Below are positions 23,561 to 35,414 of a DNA stretch of 35,414 nt, piece after piece. The position numbers and the translations under genes are program-made. The notes beneath the pieces were generated by a model. That model was not told the origin of the DNA and did not search any database. It worked only from the letters and a program-made list of their open reading frames with translations. Within the stretch, counting starts at the first letter, position 1. Every line of letters begins with the position of its first letter. This DNA comes from Octopus bimaculoides (lineage: Eukaryota), in the NCBI RefSeq assembly GCF_001194135.2, contig NC_068987.1, forward strand, positions 43,726,866-43,762,279. Direction: 5' to 3'.

Positions 23561-25266
23561 TTTAGATGGAGTGGTGGTCTGCTCCACTTTGGGTCACCAT
23601 TATAGATGGTTAGGTTGTTGTTCCATCTAATGTAACTCCGTTCAGAAGGCTGTAATGTTATTGTGGTAGGAACCCAGTAAAGAAATACATGGAACAAGGT
23701 GATAACATTAAATACATTTATTGTAGTCACACGTATATACACACAAGCTGAATGGAAATGGTTGATGTACATTTATTCATATATCTTTATGCATCTGCAT
23801 GGGTTGTAAGCTGTTAACCCTGGTGAGGAAAGCTCACGAACAGCAATATGTTAGAACCAGTGCAGTGTGTTGGTGTTGTGTAGATGTTGATGACGTTGGT
23901 GAGAGAGTTCAGTGCGGTGACGAAGATGGAGGTTGCTGTAGTGTGGTCAGTGGTTAGATCTTAGAAGGTTGGGAACCAACTGACAGTTGAGACTAGGAGA
24001 GGTGAGCTTTTATAGCTGATGGTAGGCTCAAATGCTTGTTTGGAACAGACTGTCTCACGTGACTTATTTGAAGGTTGCGATTGGTTGGGTTGCATATTGG
24101 CGCACGATAGAGTAAGAGACAAATTGCACCAATACCAACTAATCGGGATGGTAGACACAACGGGGTCCAAAATAGCACCCAAAGGTTAGCTGTTACCTGC
24201 TACTTTCATACGTACTTATATATAATAGAGAGAGGAAGTTCACTAGAGTGTGCTACAGACGCCCCCCTCCCCCCGCCATTTTGTGAGAGACAAAATAGAC
24301 GATAAAGGAAGATATTTCTGTAGCAAAGAGGTGAAAAGGTTGCGTAGCCAGCAAATCTTGATGTGCACATGTGATGGACCTATGTCCAGCTAAGTGGAAA
24401 TCACGGGAATGTGAAAAATCAAGGTAAATGAGAGAATATTGGCTGCTGTGAGAATGAGCAGTGCCAAGAATTTGCCTGCAAAACAGTGAGTCGTTTGCAG
24501 AGGCAAAGGCTGTAGGTGATAGAAAAGCGACAGTGACTAGTGAAGTGAGTCAAGCCATAAAGATGACAGCAAAAGAACGAAGTTCTAACATGCAAGAGAC
24601 TTGGTGTTGATCAGGCACCAAAGGAAGAAAATGCACGGAACACTCTATGATGCAAAGAAAAAATGCGTTTATAAGAGGTGGTTTGTGCGTCCTACAAACC
24701 AGAGAAGAAATGCATGACAAAAACATGTAAGGAGCTTTTTGCCAGATGAGAAAAGGCTTGAGAAAAAAATTCTGCTGGAATAAACCTAGAAATGGGTCGG
24801 AGTGGATAGCATGAGGCAGACAGCATGTGTGTATGTATGTACATTGAGCAATAAAAAAAATATGAACAACACATTTAAAAATCAATAGAGGAACAACAAC
24901 GAAAAAACATTCAGCAAAGAAAGGTGTCCATCAAATAGAACAAAGCATATATGTACAATGATACAGAAAGAGAGAAAATATGAATGTGGTGTCTATAGCA
25001 GCATAAGTCTATTCTCCAGAAAAGTCACTGGCGATGCAAAGTTAGGAAATGTAAATAGTCTGAGACAATTTCTTCGGCCAATGAACCAATCTGCCAGATC
25101 ATGTTCTGTAAGGTGAAGAATGCGTTTGTGTACTTGGTGTTTTGGTGAGTGGGGGTGGGGGTGGCAGTGTTTGTGGAATGATGGGTGTGTCAGCAAGTGG
25201 CTAAATGTTTTGGAAAAGGCTTGTACTTATACATAATAGAGAGGATGTTCACTAGAGTTCGCTACA
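23561..25266 (-). mobile_element. Non-coding LTR-retrotransposon (Gypsy-like) derivative inserted in the Helitron helicase
   Basis: LTR 24257->23601 (TGTAGC...CTATA) with TATAAAA and two AATAAA signals, preceded by a polypurine tract (24262-24274) and followed by PBS-like TGGTGACCC (23599-23591). A second TGTAGC LTR start lies at 25266. Flanks are AGTA/AGAA. Confidence 0.72.
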
Positions 25267-25817
25267 AGAACAAATCGAGTGATTTAATCCTTGATAATCA
25301 AGCTGTCCATTACCCAACAGAGTTCTTTAATTCTCCTGAGCCACCTGGAACTCCTCCACATAAACTTTTCCTGAAGGTAGGAGTCCTAATAATGCTTCTA
25401 AGAAACTTAAATCCTCCTAAATTATGCAATGGGACAAGGTTGATAGATGCTACTATCATCACTGGATGTGCCTCTGAGGAACAGGTTTTCATTCCAAGAA
25501 TTCCAATTAAACCAACAGACATGTCATTTGAGTTCAAACAAACACAATTCCAAGTGCAACTTTGCTTTGCAAATTCTATTAATAAAGCTCAAGGTCAGAT
25601 TTTGAAATCTACTGGCTTGCACTTAACTGAGCCCTTGCTTTTCTCATGGTCAACTTTATGTTGGTTGCTTCTGGGTTGGTAGTTCGCAAGACTTATTTGT
25701 CTATGCTCCAAACCAGAAAACAAAGAATGTTTACACAGAAGCTCTTATGTAATTTCCTTCAACAAATGTGGTAGAATTTATCTCCTTTCATAAAAGTGGT
25801 AAATTTTGCATTTTCAC

Positions 25818-25855
<38 letters not shown>

Positions 25856-25856
25856 G

Positions 25857-26250
25857 TTCAGTAGTTTTATTTTTATAACGTGCTTTCACTTCACTACCGA
25901 GCGCAGCTCTGTGCGCCTTGGGTATGTGCTGTGGTTTGCTGTGGTGCTCTTATGTTTACTGTATTGAAAGTGTTTTGCGTAGAATGTGTGCAGTACCCAG
26001 TAGTGCAATTTTCTGTATGTTATATATATTTGTAAGTCCTGGTGTTTTTGTTATGTATTTGTCTGAATATTTTTTTATTATACCTAAGGCACCTACTATG
26101 ATAGGAATTGTTTCTGTTTTTAGATTCCACATTCGAGTTATCTCTATTTCCAGGTCTTTGTATTTTGAAAGTTTTTCCATTTCTTTTAGAGAAACGTTGT
26201 CATCTGCTGGTATTGATACATCAATTAGAAAGCATTTTTTTTCTTCATGA
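25857..26250 (-). mobile_element. R4/Dong-like RLE LINE 3' fragment embedded in (TAA)n
   Basis: In-frame HEEKKCFLIDVSIPADDNVSLKEMEKLSKYKDLEIEITRMWNLKTETIPIIVGALG..LLGTAHILRKTLSIQ* (restriction-like endonuclease C-terminus), about 100 nt of 3' UTR, and (TTA)n on both sides. Confidence 0.85.
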
Positions 26251-26284
<34 letters not shown>

Positions 26285-26586
26285 TTGTATTATGAATTCA
26301 GAATCGACTTCCCAATTAAAGAATAAATTGTATCCCACTTGAAGAATAAATTGAATTTACAATAACAAATTTCTATACAACATATTTTGCTTTTATATAA
26401 CGAACAATTTCATTCCCAAGCAATGCTGTATGCCTCTGCTAGTTATTTCATAAATGTCTGGTACCTCAGACATTCCCTACACCAGGTTCATTTTCATTCT
26501 TACAACATCTCCCTCCCTGATGTTCCACTAAGTACTTTATCCAATTATTTCTGTTAAGCTGCAATTATCTAGAGTTCTTTCCAGGT

Positions 26587-26750
26587 GCAGGCGTGGCTGT
26601 ATGGTAAGAAGCTAGCTTCCTAACCACATGATTCTGGTTTCAGTCCCACTGCATGGAACCTTGGGCAAATGTTATCTACTATAGCCTTGGGCTGACCAAA
26701 GCTTTGTGAGTGGATTTGGTAGACAGAAACTGAAAGAAGCCTGTTGTACT
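26587..26750 (+). mobile_element. tRNA-derived SINE
   Basis: A-box-like tggctgtatgg and B-box-like ggtttcagtccc; same body as 5691-5850; (CA)n tail. Confidence 0.8.
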
Positions 26751-26761
26751 CACACACACAC

Positions 26762-28078
26762 ACATCATCATCATCCTCATCATTGTTTAACGTCTGCTTT
26801 CCATGTTGGCATGGGTTGGATGGTTTGACTGAGGACTGGCAAACCAGAAGGCTGTACTGGGCTCCAATCTGATCTAGCAAGGTCTCTACAGCTGGATGCC
26901 CTTCCTAATGCCAACCACTCCAAGAGTATAGTCCATACTTTCTATGTGACACCACACAAAGGCCAGTCAGGTGGTACTGACAATGACCATGCTTGAATGG
27001 TTCCAGGCATGAATGGTTCTTTTTATATGCCACTGGCACAGGAGCCAGTCAGGCAGAACTGGCAATGGCCATGCTTGAATGGTGCTTTTTACGTGCCACT
27101 GGCATGGGTGGCAGTCAGGTGGTACTGGCAATGATCCACACTTGAATGGTACTTTTAACGTGCCACTGGCATGGGTGGCAGTCAGGCGGTACTGGCACTG
27201 ACCACGAGAATGACTTCACATGACTGAACAGGTCTTCGCAAGCACAGTTTATTGGCCAATGATTGAAAGGTACTCTTAAATGGGCTGGTTATGCTGCACT
27301 GGCATATGCCACAGTTATGGTCCCACTTGGCTAGCTGGGTCTTCTCAAGCGCAGCATATCTCCAAATGTCTTCACCACCTCATCCCAGGTCTCCTGGGTA
27401 TACCTCTTCCACAGGTTTCCTCTACTGCTAGGGTGTGACACTTTTTTTACACAGGTGTCCTCATCCATATGTAACACATGACCATACCAGTGCAGTTGTC
27501 TCTCTTGCATACCACATCTGATGCTCCTTATGTCCAATTTTTCTCTCAGGGCGCTTACACTCTGTCGTGCAAGCACACTGACATTACACATCCATCGGAG
27601 CATACTGGCTTCATTCCTTGCAAGCTTATGCATATTCTCAGCAGTCATGGCCCATGTTTCACTGCCATGTAGCATGGCTGTTCGCACATATGTGTCATAC
27701 AGTCTACCTTTTCTTCTGAGCGAGAGGCCCTTTGTCACCAGCAGAGGTAGGAGCTCTCTGAACTTTGCCCAGGCTATTCTTATTCAAGCAGCTACACTCT
27801 CAGAGCACACACTCCTGCTATTGACTTGGTCACCTAGGTAAAACTTGTACTTTTTCCCCCTGGCATGTGACAGAAGCTGTTTTGTGTACATTTTCAGTGT
27901 TTCTTACCCCTGAGCATTTGCCACGCACAAAAACTATCTTCTCAGTTAGCCTTCCTTTGATATTGCTACACCTCTTATGTGTCCATAGCTTACACCGAGT
28001 ACATCTTATGCAATTTCTACCCACGCCTTTTCTACAGATCAAGCAGGGCCATCTACTGAAGGGATTTGAGATTTGTCT
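26762..28078 (-). mobile_element. 5'-truncated RTE LINE (same subfamily as 1-2400)
   Basis: ICRKGVGRNCIRC.., AMLHGSETW, LHWYGHV; its 3' UTR closely matches 2160-2400; (CAT)n tail on + at 26762. Confidence 0.92.
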
Positions 28079-31000
28079 TGCTCCTCCAGGTGCCGAGGTG
28101 CAAGCCGATGGACTTGTTCTTGTTAACTTTTGTCCCTGCCACTGCCTTGTATCCTTTGATAGTGTCCTCTACACAAGGTAGCTGAGCCTCATTGGACACA
28201 ATGATGGTGATGTCATCCACATAAGCAGAGACTGACTTACTACATCCAATTTCATTGGGGGTGCGCCCCAAATTCTCCAACTCAAGAGCCAACTCATACA
28301 GAAGCGGAGACAGGGGACACCCTTGATAAACTGAGTGCTGGATCGAAAACGGCTCCGACAGGTAGCTGTTTATCTGAACTGTGGATTTGATGCCGCAATA
28401 CATTGCGAAGATCCACCTACAGAAGTCTGGGCCCAGCCCAGCCGCTTCGAGGACCGCCCCAGGTACTGGTGGTCTACCCTATCAAACACTTTACTTTGCT
28501 GATTAATTTACCCAACCTGTCAAAGGTGTAGTGTATAAGGTGAAGATTGTCCTGGATCGACCTGCCTGGAATGACACATGTCTGCGCCTTCCCTACAGGC
28601 TTCTCCATGAAACGCATCAACCTTTTTGCTAACACCTTGGCCAAAATCTTTAACTCTACTTCTGTTGCCAGTTTGTGTAGACGCCTGCCAGCAGGTCCCT
28701 GAACAAGTCCGGCATGCTACAATAAAACTCATAGGGCAGAACATCCAGCCCCAGCGACTTGTCCGTAGCGCACTTGGTCAAAACTTCTTTGACCTCTGCA
28801 GGTGTAATCAGTCCTTGAAAGCATTCTGCCTCACGTGCCAAGAGTTGCGGCCCACCAGTGAGGAAGCCCTTTAGGGACTCCCCACACTCGAGCGCCTCGC
28901 TCTTCCCAAACAACCGGGCGAAATGCTGGTGAAAGGCCTTTTGCATCTTTTCCTGTTCATAGATCTTACGCCCTTGTTCATCAGTTAAAGACTTTATAAG
29001 AGGCTTTTTTGCCCCTCTGACACTCCACACGATGGGCCCATCTGGCAACGTTAATACCTTCTTGGCCCACAGCACATAGCTTAGCTCTAACTCTGCAGAC
29101 TTCGTGTTTAGCTTTGAGGTGACAGTACAAGACCATTCTTGCCACCAGCACTCCATCTGCAGAGCCAGGTTCTATAGCCTTGTCTAAATCCTTAACTAGT
29201 TCCCTTTCTATTTTAGATCTATCTAAACTTAGCTGATTGCTAAATCTAATAGACTCTAAATGAATGGCTCCCTTGAGGGCGTGCCACCACCTATTATTAA
29301 TGATGGCACCACATAGTACCATCTGTACGAATTCCTTAATCCGGGCACGGAAGGCTTCACAAGCCAAAGTAGACTTGTTTATCTTTCAGTATCCAGGTCC
29401 CTGACTATGATATTTATCTGTATGCACCTCACACATTACAAATTTGTGATCCGTGTAAGGTACAATACAAAATTGTGGACAACTAAAAGTATTCCTATCT
29501 CTTTCTCTAACAAATACCCTGTCTATATAAGATCTGGGTGAGCAGTTGTTATTACTCCACATCCACTGTGGAATGCTCGGCTCATCCAGTCTGTAATGGT
29601 CTACTAGATTATAGCTCTCTAGTAGACCCTTGAGGCCAGGATTTCCCCTCCTATCGATCAAGCCAACACTATCCACCCGTACATCGAGGATAGTGTTAAA
29701 GTCTCCAAACAGAACTACCGCTTTTGACATCACTAGAAAGTGCTCTAGGAGTCAATAGAAACCAGATTGCCTACACTTCTTTGGAGCATAGACAGCTACC
29801 AACCTGAAGGACTGTTTACTCTCGTGAGTCACATCTAGGATGACCAGCCTACCTTCTGGGTCCAGAAAGACTGTACTTACCTGTAAGTCCAAGTTCTTCC
29901 TGAGTAGGACCACCACACCCCCTCCTCATCGGCGAGGAGAAATAAATTTCTCATAGCCATTGAGAAGAGGTGAGAGTGCTTGTGGTCCAATCATCTTGGA
30001 CTCAGTTGCAATGCATACATCTATATCTCACGACCTGAGGTCGTTCAGGAGACAAGCTTGTTTCCATTTCGACCCCAGCCCACGTACATTTATACTCCCT
30101 AACTTAATTGCCATAGTGAAAAAAGGAAAAAAAGTAGTAACTTACAGTTTGAGTTTAGGGAGGGACTGCACAAATTCGGCTGCCTCCCCATTCTTTCCTT
30201 TTAATGGTTTAGCAGCTGGGCTTGTTATTAATTTTTTGCCTGCCATTTTGGAGCTGACGTCTCTGATATCCTCTGGATACCTTCCCTTCAGCTTCAAAAA
30301 TAGGCCCATGTGCATTTTTGCGAATCTAAATTCGGGGGCATATCTTTCGTTATTTTGAAAACTCAAGCCTTGTGGTGCACTCTTATGATTTTAGACAATG
30401 GCTTATTTTTTTCCATGTAGGNNNNNNNNNNNNNNNNNNNNNNNNNNNNNNNNNNNNNNNNNNNNNNNNNNNNNNNNNNNNNNNNNNNNNNNNNNNNNNN
30501 NNNNNNNNNNNNNNNNNNNNNNNNNNNNNNNNNNNNNNNNNNNNNNNNNNNNNNNNNNNNNNNNNNNNNNNNNNNNNNNNNNNNNNNNNNNNNNNNNNNN
30601 NNNNNNNNNNNNNNNNNNNNNNNNNNNNNNNNNNNNNNNNNNNNNNNNNNNNNNNNNNNNNNNNNNNNNNNNNNNNNNNNNTTTGGTAAAAGGTTTCACC
30701 ATGGGGTTGGTCTGGAGAATTTTGCTTTGTGTGTCTGTTGTGTGTTTGAGCGATTTTTTTGTTTGGGGAGGGGAGTTTGGGACTTGTACTTTTTCTTTTG
30801 TGTGTTACTGTTGTATACTCCATTTCATCACTCTTATCTGTCTTTTCCTCTGCCATTGCTCTCTCTTTCGTTTCTGTTGCATTTTCCAGCTTTTCTTCTC
30901 TTCCTTTTACCACCTTCACAGCTTTTTGGGGAGGGGATTCGTTGTCTTTCTTTTTCGTGCACTTTGAGCGGACGTGGCCCTTTTCTCCATCTTTGAAGCA

Positions 31001-32080
31001 ATGAGGCCTATGTCCCTCAATGGCTACTCTCATGGTTAGCACCCTATTGGGCAAATTTTCTAGCGTTTCATTCGACGCTTGAATGACCATTTCTAGGGTC
31101 TGGCCTTTCCAGTTGACAGCTTCACGCTTTTTCAATTGCAAAATCGTCACTGCCTCCTCCAAATAACCTCATAACCAGCTGGGATCTCATCTACTGTAAT
31201 TTTCGCTATTCTGTCACCAAAGTATGTGGGTAGCAGAATTATCTCGTCGTTTCTTAAGGTCTTCATGGAGACCTCCTTCACTACGTTAGCCGTTTTGAAC
31301 TGCACTTCCACCGTTGTGCTTCTCGTTTCATGGCTAACATAGGTTACTCGGTCCCATTTTGGAGCCATACACCTTTCAACAATGTCATTCTTCACGTCCA
31401 TAATTTTCCACCACCGTTGGCACATTTATCGCTTGCACTCTCTCTGGAGGAGGCAGTAGTTTGGTATCGCTACCTCTTTTTCTAATTAAGTTACAACACT
31501 TAAATAGTTGTTCCATCTTCACCTCCATTTCCGTTACATTGCCGCTCACTGCAGCTGAAAAATTGGGTCTTTCCTTTTCCTGTGTTTTCATTTCATTTTC
31601 TCTGGTATTACCTTTTCCCATTGCAGGAAAATCTTTTTTTGATGCAATATTAAATTCCATCATATACTTTTTTTTTAATTGCCAAAAATGACAAAAATGA
31701 CCAAATAAATTCACTACCCAGCAACAGGTAAAGAAAAACAGTTCAGCAATTATAAATTTTTTTTTTCCACAATAATTTTAAAACAGAATTTTTTGTCCTG
31801 TCGGGTGAAAATTACTGTTCCACGAAGGACAACAGTTCAGTTCAAAGCAAAATACACAAAAATATCACAATACCAGACAAAAACACATGGAACAAACTCG
31901 CATAACTTTGGTAACAGCAAATTACAACGTAAAAAATCAGAGTCTGCTAGAGATGGCAGTAGCTCACTTTTGCTTGCAATATATATAATTTCAAGCAACA
32001 TACAGTTGCTGATTTGCAACAAGCAAAGATGCTAGTTCTAAAACCTCTCTAAGAGATCAACGCAGTAGTTGTACTAACAA
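28079..32080 (-). mobile_element. Tx1/L1-like LINE, 5' part (5' UTR, ORF1, APE, RT), truncated just after the RT core
   Basis: ORF1 about 31714-30142 in shifted frames with a degenerate knuckle CFKDGEKGHVRSKC. ORF2 starts at 30114: MAIKLGSINVRGL, LFGDFN, SYIDRVFV, TDHKFV (APE), KSLGLDVLPYEFY, QGCPLSPLLY, AYVDDIT (RT). The 5' boundary is approximate. Confidence 0.88.
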
Positions 32081-32149
32081 GTAATGTTCGTAGCCACTTC
32101 ATCATGACTGTCCATTCGAATGGACTTTACTGCAATTATTTTCATATAT

Positions 32150-34250
32150 ATATATCATCAACATCATCATTTAACATCTGTTGTCTGTGCTGGCATAGGT
32201 TGGATGGTTTGACCAGGGCTGGTAAGCTGGAAGGCTGCACCAGACTCCAGTCTTTGGCATGGTTTTCTATGGCTGGATGCCCTTCCTATCGCCAACCACT
32301 CCAAGAATGTAATGAGTGTATTTACGTGCCACTGGCACAGGTGCCATTTGCATGACACCGGTATCTGCCACAGCTGCGATTTTGCTTGGCTTGATGGGTC
32401 TTCTCAAGCATGACATAATGTCAAAGGTCTGTCATTGCCTCTCTGAGGCCTAACACTCAAAGGAACTCAGCCACTTTGCCACTGTGAGGCCCAACGCTTA
32501 AAATGAACACAGTCACTTTGCCTCCATGAGGCCCAAGCTTGTGTCTCAATGAGGTCCAATGCTTGAAAGGAACTCAGCCACTTTGCCTCTGTGAGGCCCA
32601 ATGTTCCAACGGTGCTCTTTATATGCCGCCGGCATGGGTGCCAGTTATGTGACACCAACATCAGCCATGACTATGATTTCACTTGGCTTGACAGGTCTTC
32701 TCAAGCACAGCATATCGCCAAAGGTCTCGGTCACTAATCATTGTCTCGGCGAGGCTCAAATTTTCAAGATCATGCATCACCACTTCATGCCATGTCTTCC
32801 TGGGTCTACCTCTACCACATGTTCCCTCCACAGTTAGAGATCGGCACTTCTTTACACATCTGTCCTTGTCCATACGCATCACACAACCATACCAGCACAG
32901 TCGTCTCTCTTGCACACCACATCTGATACCTCTTATGCTTAACTTTTCTGTCAAGATGCTTACACTGTCAAACATGCACACTGACATTGCACATCCAGCA
33001 AAGCATATTGGCTTCACTTCTTTCAAGCCTATGCATGTCCTCAGCTGTCACAGCCCATGTCTCACTGCAGTGTATACACAGGCATCGTACAATCTGCCTT
33101 TAACTCTGAGAGAGAGGCCCTTTGTTGCCAGCAGAGGTAGGAGCTCTCTGAACTTTGCCCAGCCTAATCTTATTCTCACAGCTACGCTCTCAGAGCACCC
33201 ACTTCCCTACTAACTTGGTCACCTAGATAACTGAAGCTATCTACTACCTCTAGCTTGCCCCATTGGCAGTTGATGGAGTCTATTTTTTGCTCATTTTCAG
33301 CATTTACTGTAGCAGTGCACCTTCCACATACAAAAGGTAGTTTCCCTGTTAACCTTTCTCTGATATTGCTGCACCTTTTATGTGTCCAAAGCTTACACTG
33401 GGTGCATTTTATGGAGTTTCTACCAACGCCTTTTCAACAGATTCAGTAGGGCCATCTACCTGAAGGAATTTGTGATTTGTCTGCCTTCCTACTTACTAAG
33501 ACTTTGGCTTTTGCTAGGTTAACTCTAAACCCTTCAATTCTAGACTTTGCTTCCATACCTGGAACTTCTCTAGTTCTGGTAGTGATTCAGCTATAAGAGC
33601 AAGGTAATCAGCATAGCGGAGCTCCCAGGGGCAGCATGTCTTAAATTCCTCCATTATTGCCTGGAGGACTGAGATGAACAAGAGGAGGTTGAGCACCGAT
33701 CTTTGGTGAACCCCTACTTGTACCCTGAATTCTTCAGTGTACTCATTGCCAACCTTCACCTTTCTTGTAGCATCCCTGTACATGGCTTGTACAACTCTCA
33801 CAAACCACTCATCTATCCCTAGTTTCTGCATTGACCATCAGATAAGGGATCAGGGGACCCTGTCAAAGGCTTTCTCCAAGTCAACAAAGGCTAAGTACAG
33901 AGGTTTATCTTTAGCTAGGTATTTCTCCTGTAGCTGTCTAACCAGAAATATAGCATCAGTGGTGCTTCTCCCTGGCACAAAACCAAACTGCATCTCATCT
34001 AGGCAAACTCTCTCCCTAATTAGTTGGGCTATGATTCTCTCTGTAACTTTCATCACCAGATCCAACAATTTGATATCTAAGGTATCACCTTTACTTTTGT
34101 AGCAGTTGACTATGGTGCTGTTACACCAGACATTGTGTATGACTCCCTCATGGACCACCTGATTTACAATACAGGTGACTAGACCATAACCCACTTCGAC
34201 AGATATCTTAAGCATCACAGCAGTGATTCCTGGTGGACCAGCGGCTATTG
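32150..34250 (-). mobile_element. RTE LINE, decayed RT ORF and 3' UTR
   Basis: QFGFVPGRSTTDAIFLVRQLQEKYL..FVDLEKAFDRVP, GVHQRS, LRYADYL, GRGRPRKTW; short tandem units in the 3' UTR at 32440-32610; (CAT)n tail near 32155. Confidence 0.92.
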
Positions 34251-35089
34251 ATATATATATATATATATATAAATATATATATATATANNNNNNNNNNNNN
34301 NNNNNNNNNNNNNNNNNNNNNNNNNNNNNNNNNNNNNNNNNNNNNNNNNNNNNNNNNNNNNNNNNNNNNNNNNNNNNNNNNNNNNNNNNNNNNNNNNNNN
34401 NNNNNNNNNNNNNNNNNNNNNNNNNNNNNNNNNNNNNNNNNNNNNNNNNNNNNNNNNNNNNNNNNNNNNNNNNNNNNNNNNNNNNNNNNNNNNNNNNNNN
34501 NNNNNNNNNNNNNNNNNNNNNNNNNNNNNNNNNNNNNNNNNNNNNNNNNNNNNNNNNNNNNNNNNNNNNNNNNNNNNNNNNNNNNNNNNNNNNNNNNNNN
34601 NNNNNNNNNNNNNNNNNNNNNNNNNNNNNNNTGAAAGAAGCCCGTCGTATATATGTATGTATATATATATATATAATCAATATATTATAAATTAACTACC
34701 AACAAAAATAACTGGTAAGCTAACTCAAAAAATCATCACCAAAATAGCAGAAAAAAAAACGACAGTGAAGGTATGCAGACTCTTCAAGAATCGATCCTTT
34801 TGGTTATATTAATAATAATAAAGGGGTTACGACGCAAAAACGTATATATTCAAATGACATATTTATCTTCTTCAATATATATTTCAGTATAAAGAATTCA
34901 TTAAGAGACTTAATAAATCAAAATTTCTTTACACATCTTCAGGAATAAATATAACATCAGAAAAACTACATTCGGTTTCAAAATACAAACCGTTCATAGC
35001 GAAAAAAATTTCACAATTACAAAAACCGAACAAAATTTTTCAAAATTTTAGCAAAAAGAATGCTATTACCTACATGCATGCATCCGCGT

Positions 35090-35191
35090 GTGTGCCCGTA
35101 CACACACGCACACACGTTCATTCGCGCGCACACGTGCACGCTCACATGCATATGCATGCATACACAAACAAGCAAAATTCACAAGCCATAA

Positions 35192-35226
<35 letters not shown>

Positions 35227-35414
35227 TACATCCACATACATATATATATATATACATATATAAAAATCATTTAAAAATATGTTATAAAATTATATATACA
35301 TATACATAAAAAAATACATATACACATACAAAACACCATACACACATATATACATATATATACATGTACATATACATACACATATACACACACATATACA
35401 TACATATACACATA
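35090..35414. repeat. (CA)/(TA) compound low-complexity tract
   Basis: Directly visible. Confidence 0.9.

Larger units (their letters stand above)
22790..26442 (+). mobile_element. Helitron 3' half: PIF1-like helicase pseudogene plus 3' terminus, carrying two nested insertions
   Basis: FFLNAPGGTGKTF (Walker A), LIIWDE, GDFRQTLPV, AILTPKN, then after the insertion YPTEFFNS..PPHKLFLKVG..MLLRNLNPPKLCNGTRL and INKAQGQ. The 3' end is cccaagcaatgctg..ctctgCTAG|T at 26439-26442. Confidence 0.88.

Noticed and set aside
23818-23850. ctggtgaggaaagctcacgaa as a ribozyme core
   Set aside because: Both conserved boxes are mismatched and the helices cannot be built.
26587-26660. Functional tRNA gene
   Set aside because: A/B boxes are present, but there is no cloverleaf and it continues into a SINE body repeated elsewhere in the window.

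Overview
Eukaryotic, AT-rich, gapped draft-assembly window. The repeat families (RTE LINEs with (GAT)n tails, tRNA-like SINEs, TA/CA microsatellites) look like an octopus genome; the species is an inference. The only host gene I can support is the 3' end of a TMC (transmembrane channel-like, TMC7-like) gene on the + strand. It survives as three small exons (3671-3838, 6070-6148, 10203-10268) that splice in frame and are not shown as a unit in the ORF track. Almost everything else is a layered set of decayed transposable elements: several RTE LINE copies, a Penelope-like (GIY-YIG) fragment, two pieces of a Tx1/L1-like LINE, two R4/Dong-like RLE LINE fragments, two divergent Helitrons, a non-coding LTR derivative, a DD37E-spaced Tc1-like transposase, maT-like and hAT fossils, TTAA-flanked MITEs and SINEs. 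No intact autonomous element and no clearly new biological system can be demonstrated from sequence alone. The most unusual structures are the PPT-LTR-PBS insertion in a Helitron helicase, the complementary Tx1 halves about 20 kb apart, the Tx1/RTE junction, a hammerhead-like core, and the (TAA)n-embedded Dong-like fragment. Identities and alignments were judged by eye.
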